Below, in pieces: positions 7,494 through 19,300 of a DNA stretch of 64,000 nt. Where the stretch lies: the NCBI GenBank assembly GCA_964562615.1, contig CAZLUD010000002.1, positions 89,300-153,299 on the forward strand, in the 5' to 3' direction. The stretch is from an uncultured Candidatus Saccharibacteria bacterium (GTDB lineage Bacteria > Patescibacteriota > Minisyncoccia > Phycocordibacterales > UBA12088). The position numbers and the translations under genes were made by a program. The notes under the pieces are model-generated. The model had not been told where the DNA came from and ran no database searches. It saw nothing but the letters and a program-made list of their open reading frames with translations. Every line of letters begins with the position of its first letter. Within the stretch, counting starts at the first letter, position 1.

Positions 7494-9890
7494 CTATGGC
7501 GCGGTTACATAACTGATAATCTTATTTTCAATATAGACAATCTTAATTGGCTCATGTTGACCAAGCCATTTAGCAACTTCGTCGAGTGCGCGAGCGGTGG
7601 TATCTACTACTTCCCTACTAGTGCCGCGCGCTACCTCAAGCGTGCCGCGTACCTTGCCGTTAACCTGTACGGCGATAGTAACCGTATCAGATTCAAGATA
7701 GGCAGGATCAAATTGTGGCCATGGCGATGAATGTACTGACAACTCTGGAGTAATCTGATGCCACAATTCCTCTGTAAGATGGGGTGCAAACGGTGAAAGT
7801 AACTTGATAAAGGTAGCAAAAGACGATGATGGGATGGCTGGTAGCTCTTGAAGAGTATTTGCAAAAATCATGAGCGAAGATATTGCCGTATTAAACTTCA
7901 TAGATTCAATATCCTCAGTCACCTTCTTTATAGTTATATGCTCTGTCCTCCGTAGACTTGGGCTACAATCAGCATCTTGAGATACCTTCTTCGAAAGCGC
8001 GATTACACGCTCAAGAAAGCGTCGCGCACCAACGAGTCCATCTGTTGACCAGGCAATAGCTTGATCAAATGGCCCCATAAACATCTCGTATACTCTTAAG
8101 GTATCAGCACCAAAGGTGGCGACAATATCATCTGGATTAACCACGTTACCTCGTGACTTACTCATCTTTTCTCCATCGCCAGCAAGAATCATTCCATGAC
8201 TGGTGCGCTTTTTATACGGCTCGCTTGTAGGAACAACACCAATGTCAAAAAGAAACTTATGCCAAAAACGCGAGTACAAGAGGTGAAGCACTGTGTGCTC
8301 CATGCCCCCGTTGTACCAATCTACTGGTGTCCAGTACGCAAGCTTGCCTTTATCTGCTAGTGCTCTGTTGTTACTTGGATCAGCGTATCTAAGATAGTAC
8401 CAACTTGACCCTGCCCAGTTTGGCATGGTGTCAGTTTCGCGGCGTGCCTCACCACCACACGTAGGACAAGTAGTAGTGACCCACTCATGCATTGTTGCAA
8501 GTGGTGACTCGCCAGTATCGGTGTACTCGTATGAAGCAACATATGGCAACGTCACCGGCAGTTGTTCAACCGGTACTGGTACCCACCCGCATGATGCGCA
8601 ATTGATCATTGGTATTGGCTCACCCCAATATCGTTGACGAGAAAAGACCCAATCACGAAGCTTAAAGGTGGTAGTCCATTCACCACCTACTTTTTCAGTT
8701 ATCTTCTTTTTTGCATCCTGTGATGGTAGCCCATCAAGCTCACCTGAGTTAATAAGTACCCCATCACCAGTCCACACACCCGGTGAGTCGTGCGTAGGTT
8801 GTACCACGTGCGTGATAGCACAATGGTACTTTGTTGCAAATTCATAATCACGCTCGTCATGTGCTGGTACTGCCATAATGGCGCCAGTACCCACATCACC
8901 AAGCACATAGTTAGTAATCCACACCGGTATAGTTGCATTGGTAGCCGGGTTGGTTGCGATAACACCTGACTCCATGCCTAATTTCTCAGTGATCTCTCCC
9001 CTACCAAGAGACGCCTTTACCTTCAGTATATCATTAACAAAATTGCGAATTTCAATCGATGGATTCCATCCACCATCTATCCATCGCTGTGCTAGTTCAG
9101 CAGATATACCTATAAAGGTTGCGCCATATATAGTGTCTGGGCGAGTGGTAAAGACGGTAAGCGACGAAACATTTGAAATGCCGGTAAGTGGGAAAGAGAT
9201 TTTTGCTCCTTCACTAGGTCCAATCCAGTTTCGTTGTTGTGTTTTAGCTCGTTCGATGTAATCAACGGTTTCAAGATCATCATAGAGGCGCTGTGCGTAC
9301 TTGGTGATTGCAAGCATCCACTGTTCTTTCTCTCGCTTTTCTACTGGTGTGCCGCAGCGCTCGCACATGCCGTCTATCACCTCTTCATTTGCAAGCCCGA
9401 TTTTGTCTTTTGGGCACCAATTAATGTGACTAGTAGCCTTATACGCAAGTCCAGCGTTGTACATCTGAATAAATATCCATTGCGTCCATTTGTAGTATTC
9501 AGGACTTGTGGTGTTTATCTCACGTGACCAATCAAATGAGATACCCATCGCTTTGAGCTGGCGTCTGAAGGTATCAGTATTTTCTTTGGTTATTTCTTCT
9601 GGTGGCTTTCCTGTCTTAATGGCGTAATTCTCTGTCGGAAGACCGAATGCATCCCACCCAATGGGATACAGTACATTGAGTCCTTCAGCTCTTCGCTTTC
9701 TCGCAATAACATCCATTGCGGTATAACTGCGGACATGCCCAGTATGAAGCCCCGCCCCTGAAGGGTACGGAAACTCAACGAGAAGAAATGACTTAGGTAG
9801 TGACGTGTTGTCTGTTGCAACAGCGTGGTTTGTGCGAGTCCACGTATCTTGCCACTTCTTCTCTATTTCTTTGTGATCGTAGTCGTGCAC
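7494..9890 (-). CDS. leuS: Leucine--tRNA ligase
   Basis: HIGH motif 'PYPSGAGLHTGHVRSY', KMSKS motif, 798 aa. Confidence 0.95.
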   Translation of the reverse strand: MHDYDHKEIEKKWQDTWTRTNHAVATDNTSLPKSFLLVEFPYPSGAGLHTGHVRSYTAMDVIARKRRAEGLNVLYPIGWDAFGLPTENYAIKTGKPPEEITKENTDTFRRQLKAMGISFDWSREINTTSPEYYKWTQWIFIQMYNAGLAYKATSHINWCPKDKIGLANEEVIDGMCERCGTPVEKREKEQWMLAITKYAQRLYDDLETVDYIERAKTQQRNWIGPSEGAKISFPLTGISNVSSLTVFTTRPDTIYGATFIGISAELAQRWIDGGWNPSIEIRNFVNDILKVKASLGRGEITEKLGMESGVIATNPATNATIPVWITNYVLGDVGTGAIMAVPAHDERDYEFATKYHCAITHVVQPTHDSPGVWTGDGVLINSGELDGLPSQDAKKKITEKVGGEWTTTFKLRDWVFSRQRYWGEPIPMINCASCGWVPVPVEQLPVTLPYVASYEYTDTGESPLATMHEWVTTTCPTCGGEARRETDTMPNWAGSSWYYLRYADPSNNRALADKGKLAYWTPVDWYNGGMEHTVLHLLYSRFWHKFLFDIGVVPTSEPYKKRTSHGMILAGDGEKMSKSRGNVVNPDDIVATFGADTLRVYEMFMGPFDQAIAWSTDGLVGARRFLERVIALSKKVSQDADCSPSLRRTEHITIKKVTEDIESMKFNTAISSLMIFANTLQELPAIPSSSFATFIKLLSPFAPHLTEELWHQITPELSVHSSPWPQFDPAYLESDTVTIAVQVNGKVRGTLEVARGTSREVVDTTARALDEVAKWLGQHEPIKIVYIENKIISYVTAP

Positions 9891-9902
9891 AAAGAATATA
9901 TA

Positions 9903-10868
9903 TTACATCTTTACGTCGTAACGCTTGGGGTCAATAACTCTGTCAAAACATGTTCTTCCTTCTTTATGAGTCCATGTCTCATTAGCAAATGGTGAAGTTT
10001 CGTACAGACGAGCATCCATTTGAGATGACCTATCTGGTTTGTTAAAGGTTGCGCAAAGTGAAAATGTAAGAGGAGTAGTGACGATATACTCGTATACCTC
10101 TCCAGTTTCTGGATCAATTGGGGTAATAAATCCAGTCATAGGATCACTAAGTACATCAAGTGATGCAGGAAGTGTTTCGGTGGTTTGCCAGTAGTTTAGC
10201 ACTTGCCATTGAATGTTCTGCAAATCAATTACTTTTTGTTCATCAAATCGATAGAGACGCTGCTCGCTAGGTGAACCCATAATAAAGAATCCAAGCACAA
10301 CAGAGAGCACCACTACCGCGCCTGCGACTGACCCGTATAGTACAGATGCAGTTTTTCGCTCTTCCCAATATCCTTTGAGTGCAAGCACAAAGTAGGTAAA
10401 TACAGAGCCAACAACCACAAGAACAGCAAGTACTTTAGAAATAAACGCAACGGTGATATCACCAGCAAGGAAGCTATTAACTAGTACAATCAAATCAATA
10501 ATCATTGTCGCGCCAGCAATGAGGAGGGTAATATAGATAAGCCATTTTCTATAGCCAAGTTCAGCCTTTTCCTTGTGCGCTCTTATGTCGTTATTTGTAT
10601 ATCGAGTGAGTGCGATAAAGAGTGGAAATACCACAAACAATGTTGCAATCGATGTACGCATTGCGGTTGAGTATGGATCAACATAGGAAAGCTGATCAGG
10701 AAAGAGAAAGCTAATGTACTCAAAAATAAGTGCAAGAAATGCAAACGTGCTCACATAGAGTGAAATCATGAGCGATGAGTAGACCACAAAATCCTTTGGA
10801 CTAAGAGTTGGTTTTTCTCCACTAAAAAGAGCTGTCATAATGTGTAGCTTACTACTAATGATGTACAT
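9903..10868 (-). CDS. Polytopic membrane protein, possibly DUF5671-like
   Basis: About six TM helices followed by a C-terminal soluble tail. No catalytic motif. Confidence 0.5.
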   Translation of the reverse strand: MYIISSKLHIMTALFSGEKPTLSPKDFVVYSSLMISLYVSTFAFLALIFEYISFLFPDQLSYVDPYSTAMRTSIATLFVVFPLFIALTRYTNNDIRAHKEKAELGYRKWLIYITLLIAGATMIIDLIVLVNSFLAGDITVAFISKVLAVLVVVGSVFTYFVLALKGYWEERKTASVLYGSVAGAVVVLSVVLGFFIMGSPSEQRLYRFDEQKVIDLQNIQWQVLNYWQTTETLPASLDVLSDPMTGFITPIDPETGEVYEYIVTTPLTFSLCATFNKPDRSSQMDARLYETSPFANETWTHKEGRTCFDRVIDPKRYDVKM

Positions 10869-10950
10869 AATTGTACAATGAAAATCAAAAAGAGCAACTT
10901 GTCATTGTGTGTATTTGTGGTGAAGAAAAACTCATCAGATTAAATGTTGG

Positions 10951-10984
10951 TAAAAAACAGGAAGCCTCCGTTTCCGGAGGCTTC
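10951..10984 (-). terminator. Rho-independent terminator, bidirectional in appearance
   Basis: GAAGCCTCCG-tttc-CGGAGGCTTC hairpin. It is flanked by an A-run on plus, which is a T-run on minus. Confidence 0.7.
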
Positions 10985-10998
10985 TGTGCCGAATATTA

Positions 10999-11244
10999 CT
11001 AATGTTTTTGTTTCGATAACATTAATACAGCAACATGAAATATAGTTTTTGGAGCAAAGACAATACGTAAGCAATGTAGAAGTATTCTCTGTATCTTCCC
11101 TACCTTTCCAAATTTTCTCTCTATAAGCGAATCATATTCGCTCCTAAGTTCTCTTATACATAGATAAGAGATTACGCAGAGGAAGAAAGCGCAAAAGACT
11201 AACGCAACGATTATTGCAAGAATTGCTTCTACAACAGCAAACAT
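10999..11244 (-). CDS. Small membrane protein of ~81 aa
   Basis: The internal ATG at 11244 has the SD 'AGGGGG' 6 nt upstream. MFAVVEAILAIIVALVFCAFFLCVISYL forms one TM helix. Confidence 0.4.
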   Translation of the reverse strand: MFAVVEAILAIIVALVFCAFFLCVISYLCIRELRSEYDSLIERKFGKVGKIQRILLHCLRIVFAPKTIFHVAVLMLSKQKH

Positions 11245-11386
11245 ACTCGCCCCCTTCGATGACCAACTGCACAAGTTATAACATCAAAGCAGAGAGTGTC
11301 AATATCACCGTAATTAGTTTAGCCCTGTAATGGCTCAACTCTTTGGATGCTGCATGACGCAATATCATTTTGCAACAATAATTGCT

Positions 11387-12523
11387 CTAAACTTTAAACT
11401 CAATAACATCACCGTCCTTTACCACGTACTCCTTGCCCTCAGTGCGTACCAAGCCCTTCTCTCTCGCTGCTGCGTATGAACCTGCATGTAGCAGTGTGTC
11501 CGTGCCAATAACTTCTGCACGTATAAAGGTGTCCCTAAAATCAGTGTGTATAGCGGCGCCGGCTTCAGGAGCTTTTGCGCCGTCTCTAATGGTCCATGCA
11601 CGAGTTTCTTTTTCTCCGGTAGTAAAGTAAGTAATTAAGCCGAGCATGCGATACCCTGCTTTAATAAGGTCATCAATACCGTCTGTAACTACACCAAATT
11701 CTTGTCTAAAGGTCTGCTTGTCATCAACAGCGACATCCTTTAGCTCATCTTCTATTCGGGCATCAACAACCACATAAGGCTTTGCACCATCCTCTAAAAA
11801 TTGCATAAGGCGTATCCAGCGCTCATCATGTGGTGTTTCGTCTAAATTATGCCCTCCTGCTTTTTTATTAAGCACATACAATATAGGCTTCGTGGTAAGT
11901 AGTGAAAACTGAGGCAGTAGCTTCTTTTCTGTATCTGAAAGCTCAGTGTGTATTGCAAGGTTTCCACTCTCTAGCGTGTGTGCAATCTTTTTTGCCACTT
12001 CGTATAAGGCAACTGCCTCCTTTACCCCCCGCTTTGCATCTCGCTCCAAATTCCCCACTCGTTTACTTATCGTCTCTCGATCAGCAAGGATAAGCTCAAG
12101 ATTGATGACTTCAATATCAGAAACAGGATCAATGGTGCCGTGGACGTGCGTGACATTGGTATCATCAAAAATACGCACCACTTGTGCTATGGCATTAGTC
12201 TCACGTATATGAGAAAGAAACTGGTTACCAAGCCCTTCACCACTTGCTGCGCCTTTAACAAGGCCAGCAATATCAACAAATTCAACCGCAGCAGGGATAG
12301 TCTTTTGCGTGTGTGAAAATTCAGAGAGTCTCCACAGCCTTTCATCGGGTACCGCAACCACCCCAACCGATGGGTCTATTGTACAAAACGGAAAGTTCTC
12401 CGCAGGAACGGCCTTTTTGGTGAGTGCATTAAACAGTGTAGACTTGCCAACATTTGGAAGTCCAACAATACCTATTGATAGTGCCATATCACTATCTTGT
12501 ATCACAAAAATGTCGTTTCTCAA
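11387..12523 (-). CDS. ychF: Ribosome-binding ATPase YchF (Obg-family GTPase)
   Basis: G1 '[18 protein letters not shown]', and a TGS domain at the C-terminus. Confidence 0.95.
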   Translation of the reverse strand: MRNDIFVIQDSDMALSIGIVGLPNVGKSTLFNALTKKAVPAENFPFCTIDPSVGVVAVPDERLWRLSEFSHTQKTIPAAVEFVDIAGLVKGAASGEGLGNQFLSHIRETNAIAQVVRIFDDTNVTHVHGTIDPVSDIEVINLELILADRETISKRVGNLERDAKRGVKEAVALYEVAKKIAHTLESGNLAIHTELSDTEKKLLPQFSLLTTKPILYVLNKKAGGHNLDETPHDERWIRLMQFLEDGAKPYVVVDARIEDELKDVAVDDKQTFRQEFGVVTDGIDDLIKAGYRMLGLITYFTTGEKETRAWTIRDGAKAPEAGAAIHTDFRDTFIRAEVIGTDTLLHAGSYAAAREKGLVRTEGKEYVVKDGDVIEFKV

Positions 12524-12527
12524 AAAC

Positions 12528-12573
12528 TAATAAAAGAAGTACACCCCCTCTATTGCAAGCAATAGAGGGGGTG
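12528..12573 (-). terminator. Rho-independent terminator
   Basis: CACCCCCTCTATTGC / GCAATAGAGGGGGTG inverted repeat followed on the minus strand by a T-rich tract. Confidence 0.7.
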
Positions 12574-12583
12574 TGGTGTCGAG

Positions 12584-13123
12584 CTAGCTGTCACCCAAAA
12601 CATATTCCACTTCATACACTAGAAGTGGGTTTTGTGATTTCGGCAGCGGAAATTGTTCATCGAGCAATGTCAATATTTTTTGTGCATCATCATCACGTCG
12701 AGGAATTATCGTCAGAAGAAAGCCACTTTCCGACGATTGCCTAGGTGGCGCAAGAAAAGTTGACACAACAACCTTTCTTGCTGGAACATACACTAGTCCA
12801 AAATGGAAAGGTGTATAGATGTGGGAATGCGACCCATAGTTTAAGATGGACACCTTCCATCTATGTACCAGCTGGTGCCGACCTGTTATGGCAACGCCGA
12901 CACGGTCAAATTCTTGAAGGACCTCCCCGGGAATATTCCAAGGCGACATCCAGTGCACCTCGCACTCGATGCTTAAATATAGTTCAGATGTTATCTTCAC
13001 TACTTCTCCACCACAATTTGGTGGCGAATACTGTCTTGATACCATTTCCTCAGCTTGCGAAGCAGTGCTGTGGAGCGAGAAGAAAAGAGTAGCAGCAAAA
13101 ATTAGGCCGCGGAGCGACATCAT
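12584..13123 (-). CDS. Secreted hypothetical protein
   Basis: Signal peptide MMSLRGLIFAATLFFSLHSTASQA. No family recognised. Confidence 0.5.
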   Translation of the reverse strand: MMSLRGLIFAATLFFSLHSTASQAEEMVSRQYSPPNCGGEVVKITSELYLSIECEVHWMSPWNIPGEVLQEFDRVGVAITGRHQLVHRWKVSILNYGSHSHIYTPFHFGLVYVPARKVVVSTFLAPPRQSSESGFLLTIIPRRDDDAQKILTLLDEQFPLPKSQNPLLVYEVEYVLGDS

Positions 13124-13191
13124 GTAAGCCTCCAGTTAAGTTGCCGTCACACATAGTGCAACAAATAGGCTATGTAGTCAATAGCGTGGCA

Positions 13192-13767
13192 CTATCTTGC
13201 ATCTCCACCAAGCTTTTTTACCTCACTCATCCAAACATCTCTTTGCTCACCTGAGCAGTGCTCACAAGGGCCAAATGCTGACACCTTCACATCAAATCCA
13301 GCAAAACCTAGGATGCCGCGCTCAATTTCATTAGTAAAATCACCATACTTCCACCAAGTCATAAATGGAGATTGCGTTCCTGCAACTACTACCACTCGTG
13401 CAGTCTTTCCTTGCATGCGCTGAATTAGCTTGTGGCTTGGCTTTTCAAAGTTAAAAGCAAATCCAGGAAGCCATGCCCTATCAAAAAATCCTTTAAGAAG
13501 GGCTGGCATGGTATTCCACCAGTTTGGATAGACAAGCACAAAGTGGTCGCACCACTTAATATCTTCCTGAAGCGATACAAGATCTGGCTCTAGTTGTTGA
13601 ATAGTCTTGTACCCTTTGTGCAAAATAGGATCAAATGCCACATCACCAAGGTTTTTTCTTCGTACTTCATGCCCTGCTTCTGTTGCGGCCTTTTCGTACG
13701 CATCCGCCATACTACCAGAGAAAGAATCCTTATCTGGATTACCGAGCAATATAAAAACTTTTTTCAT
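13192..13767 (-). CDS. Flavodoxin-fold NAD(P)H-dependent oxidoreductase (quinone-reductase-like)
   Basis: N-terminus 'MKKVFILLGNPDKDSFSGSMADAYE' and 'VLVYPNWWNTMPALLKGFFDR' are typical of the NAD(P)H dehydrogenase (quinone)/KefF-like family. Confidence 0.7.
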   Translation of the reverse strand: MKKVFILLGNPDKDSFSGSMADAYEKAATEAGHEVRRKNLGDVAFDPILHKGYKTIQQLEPDLVSLQEDIKWCDHFVLVYPNWWNTMPALLKGFFDRAWLPGFAFNFEKPSHKLIQRMQGKTARVVVVAGTQSPFMTWWKYGDFTNEIERGILGFAGFDVKVSAFGPCEHCSGEQRDVWMSEVKKLGGDAR

Positions 13768-13786
13768 GTGTGTATGTTATGCGTAA

Positions 13787-14317
13787 TTATGAGTCAAGCG
13801 TTGCTCGTTTGAGTGCTTGTTGATAGCGATCTACATACAGTATTTTAACGAGTCTAAGGAATACTGCAAACACCCCAACAAACAATACGTAGTATCCAAT
13901 CCATGAAAGGTATGGAAGTTCGTACGCTTTAAGGGTGTTGACTATCGCAAGGGTATACCACGACCCGCCCGCAATAGCAGGACCAATAATCATTGGCATA
14001 ATATGCAACTGCATGAGTGTGGCATTGACGATAATCACCGCAAGAATTGTCCACATTGCCCAAAAAGCACCATTAACAAGTGCTTCCAAGCTACTAAATT
14101 GGTAGTACCACACCACAAACAGTAGCTGCGAAATAATGATAAGCCCCATGCCTATGCGCAGCACCGCATATACCGTGTGCAAAAATGATTTTTCCGACGC
14201 GTCAATTACCCCATCTCTAATAGACTTGTAATAAAAAATTAGTGCAAAGGTGGATGAACCAATAGCAACAGATATGCCAAAGGTTTGAAGCACCTGCAAT
14301 AGTACGTACATACTCAT
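13787..14317 (-). CDS. Hypothetical polytopic membrane protein
   Basis: 176 aa with 4-5 predicted TM helices. Confidence 0.45.
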   Translation of the reverse strand: MSMYVLLQVLQTFGISVAIGSSTFALIFYYKSIRDGVIDASEKSFLHTVYAVLRIGMGLIIISQLLFVVWYYQFSSLEALVNGAFWAMWTILAVIIVNATLMQLHIMPMIIGPAIAGGSWYTLAIVNTLKAYELPYLSWIGYYVLFVGVFAVFLRLVKILYVDRYQQALKRATLDS

Positions 14318-14341
14318 GGATATATTCTACCCCGAGTAGTG

Positions 14342-14635
14342 CTATTGTTCCATCATTTTTTTCAACTCCGCCTGATGTTTTTGCATTACCGACATCATGG
14401 CAGTAAATTGGTCTACGCCACTTTTCTTTTTCTCCTCTACCTCTTTAGCTATTTGCTCAAAGAGTTTTGGATTCTTCTCTACCATGAGCATGATTTTTTC
14501 TGCCTGATCTTTAGGAACATTTTTTAGCTGACGCTCCATCAGTTTTCTCATCAAAAAGTTTTTAAGCATAGAATTGTTTACACTAGTACAGATTGGTAAC
14601 CCCCGTAGTGTAGCAAAGGAGTTTGTGTATTGCAC
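14342..14635 (-). CDS. Small Met/Lys-rich hypothetical protein. The true start is probably the internal Met of 'MLKNFLMRKL'.
   Basis: Open ORF with no motif recognised. Confidence 0.3.
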   Translation of the reverse strand: MQYTNSFATLRGLPICTSVNNSMLKNFLMRKLMERQLKNVPKDQAEKIMLMVEKNPKLFEQIAKEVEEKKKSGVDQFTAMMSVMQKHQAELKKMMEQ

Positions 14636-14700
14636 CTACATCCAAAACTTTGACTTATTAGTAGATACATTGTATAGTTATACGGCTCTAAAATTACATT

Positions 14701-16326
14701 ATGTTAAAAAATATACTTAATTCGTTTATCTCATCTTCACTTACTCGCAAACACATGTACGCGGGTCTCGCGGTGCTTGTTGTTATCATATTCCTTGTCC
14801 TTATCTTTAAAAAGGATGCACCTGTCGAGATTACAAAACAAGAATCTAATCGTACTGTTAGTATAATGGATGTTGCATCGCTCTCTAGCGAAGCTACTCC
14901 TCTACCCCTTATAGGAGAGGTGCGCTCTCAAAATGAAGCCATCCTTCGTACAGAATCATCAGGCACCGTAACTGCTGTATACAGAAAGGCTGGTGACTAT
15001 GTGGCTGCCGGCACGGTAATTGCTGAGCTTGAAAACTCTGCACAGCGCGCATCAGTTGCGCAAGCGCGTGCCCTCGTCTCGCAAGCAGAGGCATCACTAG
15101 CCAAGGTGAAAAAAGGCGCGCGTGATGAGCAACTTGCTGTGCTTGGTATCAGCGCAGAGAGTGCAGAGACTACCCTACGCACTGCAAAACAACAAGCGGT
15201 AAATACCGTGCTTTCATCATATGCTACTGGTGAAGATGTAGTACTACGCACCACTGATAAGCTGGTATCAAATCCTACATCAGCAAGTCCAACATTCATT
15301 CTTGCTACATCTGACTCGCAGCTTTCTACTAATATTGCTAATGCGCGCCTAACGATAGAGGGCAGGCTATCTAACGCCACTGCCATTAAAGACTCGCTAC
15401 GTGCTGATACTAATATACTGGTTGCGATAAGTGCGGCAGAGGCAGATTTGTCATACATACGAAATTATCTTGATACTATTGCAAGCGCGCTTGCTAAAGC
15501 TATTCCATCAAACACCGTTACCCCTGCCATTATTGGCGGATACCAAGCTGAGGTTTCTTCAGCTCGAAGCGCAATCATCGGGCAACTATCTACACTCGCT
15601 GCCGCTAAACAATCTATTGAGGGTGCGGAAGCTGGTCTAAGTATCTCTCTCCAAAATCAAAGCGAGATTGTCTCTGGCGCACGAAGCGAGGATGTCGCCC
15701 TTGCAGCAGCTGGTGTTGAGCAGGCACAAGCAGGACTACGCGCTACTCTTGCCCAACTTGAAAACACCATTATACGTACACCAATAAGTGGCCGTATCGC
15801 TTCTCTATCACTCACCCGAGGCGAATTTGCATCACAATTTTCTCCTGCAGCAATCGTATCTAATCAAAACGCTCTCGAAATAGTCTCGTACATATCTGAA
15901 GGTGAGCGCGAAAATATCGCCATTGGCGCAAAAGCACTTATTGAAGAAGAGGTGCGTGGTGTAGTAACCGGCATTGCTCCAGGGCTTGATCCCGCAACAA
16001 AAAAGATTCGCTTATCAATTGGAGTCACCGATGAGGGAGCCCCACTTACCCACGGATCATCAGTCTCACTTACCATCGAGCGCTCACGCCCTGCCGTAAG
16101 TGAAAATATTACCGATATCATCATTCCTATATCTGCGCTCAAGCTTACCGTCGATAAAGCTATTGTCTTTAGTGTTAACCCTGAGGGAATCCTTACTGAA
16201 CACCCTGTAACCATGGGTAGAGTCCTTGGAAACAAGGTTCATATTGTAAGTGGTCTCACTCCTTCAATGATTATTGTGGTTGACGCAAGAGGACTCAAGG
16301 CAGGACAAGTAGTAACCATACAATAA
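14701..16326 (+). CDS. Efflux transporter periplasmic adaptor (membrane-fusion protein, HlyD/AcrA family)
   Basis: N-terminal TM anchor, a long Ala/Ser-rich coiled coil, and the C-terminal beta-domain 'IRTPISGRIASLSLTRGEF'. It sits 4 nt upstream of the RND gene. Confidence 0.8.
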   Translation: MLKNILNSFISSSLTRKHMYAGLAVLVVIIFLVLIFKKDAPVEITKQESNRTVSIMDVASLSSEATPLPLIGEVRSQNEAILRTESSGTVTAVYRKAGDYVAAGTVIAELENSAQRASVAQARALVSQAEASLAKVKKGARDEQLAVLGISAESAETTLRTAKQQAVNTVLSSYATGEDVVLRTTDKLVSNPTSASPTFILATSDSQLSTNIANARLTIEGRLSNATAIKDSLRADTNILVAISAAEADLSYIRNYLDTIASALAKAIPSNTVTPAIIGGYQAEVSSARSAIIGQLSTLAAAKQSIEGAEAGLSISLQNQSEIVSGARSEDVALAAAGVEQAQAGLRATLAQLENTIIRTPISGRIASLSLTRGEFASQFSPAAIVSNQNALEIVSYISEGERENIAIGAKALIEEEVRGVVTGIAPGLDPATKKIRLSIGVTDEGAPLTHGSSVSLTIERSRPAVSENITDIIIPISALKLTVDKAIVFSVNPEGILTEHPVTMGRVLGNKVHIVSGLTPSMIIVVDARGLKAGQVVTIQ

Positions 16327-16329
16327 TAT

Positions 16330-19300
16330 ATGTATAGCATTTGGAGCTTTTTCACCCTACACAAGAGCTTTAGCTATCTTGTTCTTGTTACCCTTGTTGC
16401 GTTTGGTTCATACGCACTTGTCACTATCCCTAAGGAATCAGCTCCTGAGGTGCAGATTCCTATTGCCATTGTCTCTGTTGCCCTCCCTGGCGCGTCTGCT
16501 GTTGACATAGAAAAGCTCATAACCAACAAGGTAGAAACCGCACTCAATAATTCACTTGAAGATGTAAAAAAGATCACTTCATCATCGCAAGAAGGGTTTT
16601 CTTCTGTGGTCGTAGAGTTTCTCCCTTCTGCAAATATTGATGACTCCGTTCGTGATGTAAAAGATGAAATTGACAAGGTAAAGCCCGAGCTCCCAGAAGA
16701 CGCAACCGAGCCAATAGTAAGTGATGTTAATTTTGTAAATCAACCAATTATTACCTTTGCTATTGGTGCTGATCTCCCTGATGCTGAGCTTGTTGCACTC
16801 GCCGATGCAGTTGAAGATGAAATAAAAAAGGTTGAGGGAGTATCAGATGTAACCATTGGTGGATACAGAGCACGCGAGACACAAGTTATTGTAAGAAAGG
16901 AGGCGCTTGAAACCTACGGACTACGACTTGTTGATATCATTGGTGGCATTGCGCGTGCCAACAACACCTTTCCTGTCGGTAACATACTAGTAGACTCTAT
17001 TGCCTACAACGTACAGTTTGAAGGTGACCTCAATGACCCTGCGGAGGTAGCAAACATTGCTATATTTCTTCAAGGCGGGCAGCCAGTATATGTACGAGAC
17101 GTTGCTACGGTAGTAGATGGACTAGAAGAGGCTCGAAGCATCTCGCGCATCTCGCTTGATAGCGAGCCATCATCATCTGCCCTTTCCATTCAAGTATTTA
17201 AACGATCGGGAGGTGATATCACCAAAATAACAGACGAAGTTAAAAAGACCCTTGATACATTAAAGAGTGATGGTGGCATACTCAGCGATGCAACCACGCT
17301 TGTAGTATTTGATAATGGTAAAGAGTTAAAGAATGATCTAGTCTCACTTGGCAGCAGCGGTGCGCAGACGGTTGTTCTGGTTATGATTTCTCTTTTTATG
17401 GTGATTGGATGGCGCGAGGCGCTCATTGCTGGTTCTGCAATCCCTCTTTCATTCTTGCTAGCATTTATCGCACTTGAAGCATCTGGTAACACACTTAACT
17501 TTGTCTCCTTGTTTGCCCTTATCCTTGCGGTAGGCGTACTTGTTGACTCAGCTATTGTGATAATTGAAGGCATCAACCGAAACATGCGGTTGGATCCGCT
17601 TTTGTCTAAAAAGGACGCGTCACTTGCCGCCATTAAAGAATTTCATGGTCCTATCACCTCAGGAACACTCACTACCGTTGCGGTGTTTGTCCCTCTCTTC
17701 TTTATCTCAGGTGTAACCGGAGAATTTATCGCGAGTATTCCCTTCACGATTATCTTTGTCCTTATCGCCTCACTTATTATTGCGGTAGCAATTGTGCCGT
17801 TGTTTGCGTCATTATTTTTGACAAGACACGAACCAAGCAAGCTAGAGCTCATACAAGCTGAGTACCAAGAGAAAGTTGGGCGTTGGTACAAACAAAAGCT
17901 TGAATCAATATTAGGCAATCCAAAGCGCGAACGCATAGTCATATGGGGAATCTTGGCAATGTTTTTTGTTGCCATGACACTCCCCATACTAGGACTAGTT
18001 AAGGTAGAGTTTTTCCCTGCGGGAGACAGTGACTTTGTTGTTATTGAGCTTGAGCTCCTAGAAGGATCGCCTCTCTCACAAACAGATATAGAAATGCGAA
18101 AGCTTGAAGAAATACTATACGAGTACTCTATTATAGAGTCATTTGTGATGACTGCTGGCGAATCAAGCGCATTTAGCGGCTCACAATCAGTAAGTGCAGG
18201 GGCAAAATTTGCAAATGCATTTGTCACCTTGAAAAAGGATAGACCAGTTACCTCACAAGAATTTGCTGATGACCTCAGGGCTAAAACTGCTGCAATTGGT
18301 ACGGCTGAGGTGCGTATTAGCCAAGTTGAAAATGGTCCTCCAACCGGCACACCGGTGCTTATCAAATTTTTAGGTGACGACCTAGCTACCCTTGAAGAAA
18401 CCGTGCAAAAAGCTGCAACCATTCTTGAGAATACAGAGGGCTCTGCGGATGTAGTAACCAGCGCTAAAAACGATGGTACACAGTATGTGGTTGAGGTTGA
18501 TCCTGCTAAAGCTAGTGCGCTTGGACTTGATGCATCACTTATTTCTCAAACACTCCGTACTGCGGTAAGTGGTGTAAAGGCAACGTCTATTGTTTCAAAT
18601 GATGAGGATATTGATGTGGTGGTAAAGCTCAACCTCAATACTAACTACATGGATGCGCACGATACCGACCGCACCACAATAGACTCCCTAGGACAAATCT
18701 CAATTCAAACCCCAAATGGTCCAGTACTTCTTGCGTCAGTACTTGAAGTATCACTTGCAAAAAACAACACCGTAATTCAACACGAAAATCTTAAACGGGT
18801 AGTGAGCGTTGGATCACAGCTTGAGTCAGGCGCTAACCTTGTTGAGGTGGTAGCTGCCTTTGAAGAGAAAGTAAAAGAAGAGCTTGTACTGCCACAAGGA
18901 GTAACCATGGTAATTGGTGGTGAAAACGAAGAGAACAATCAAGCATTCACCGAAATGTTTTATGCGCTCATTGTAGGACTCGTGCTTATGCTTGCGATAC
19001 TCGTATTTGAATTTAGCTCATACCGACATGCGCTCTACGTTCTTTCAGTAACTCCACTTGCGCTTATTGGTATCATGATTGGTCTTATGGTGACGGGCAA
19101 GGCACTTTCCTTCCCTACGCTCATGGGCTTTATTGCACTTATGGGTATTGTGGTAAACAACTCAATCATATTGATTGACACCATGAATGCAATGAGAAAG
19201 ACAGACCCAGCAAAGCCAATACGTGATGTGGTACTTGAAGGCTCTGCGTCACGACTTCGCCCCATATTCCTTACCACCATCACCACAGTTATCGGTATGG

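Noticed and set aside
16374-18422. Minus-strand ORFs (16374-16676, 17190-17633, 17643-18422) inside the RND permease gene
   Set aside because: They are antisense shadows of a 1035-aa ORF that has full-length AcrB-type features. Their low-complexity Ser-rich translations have no motifs.
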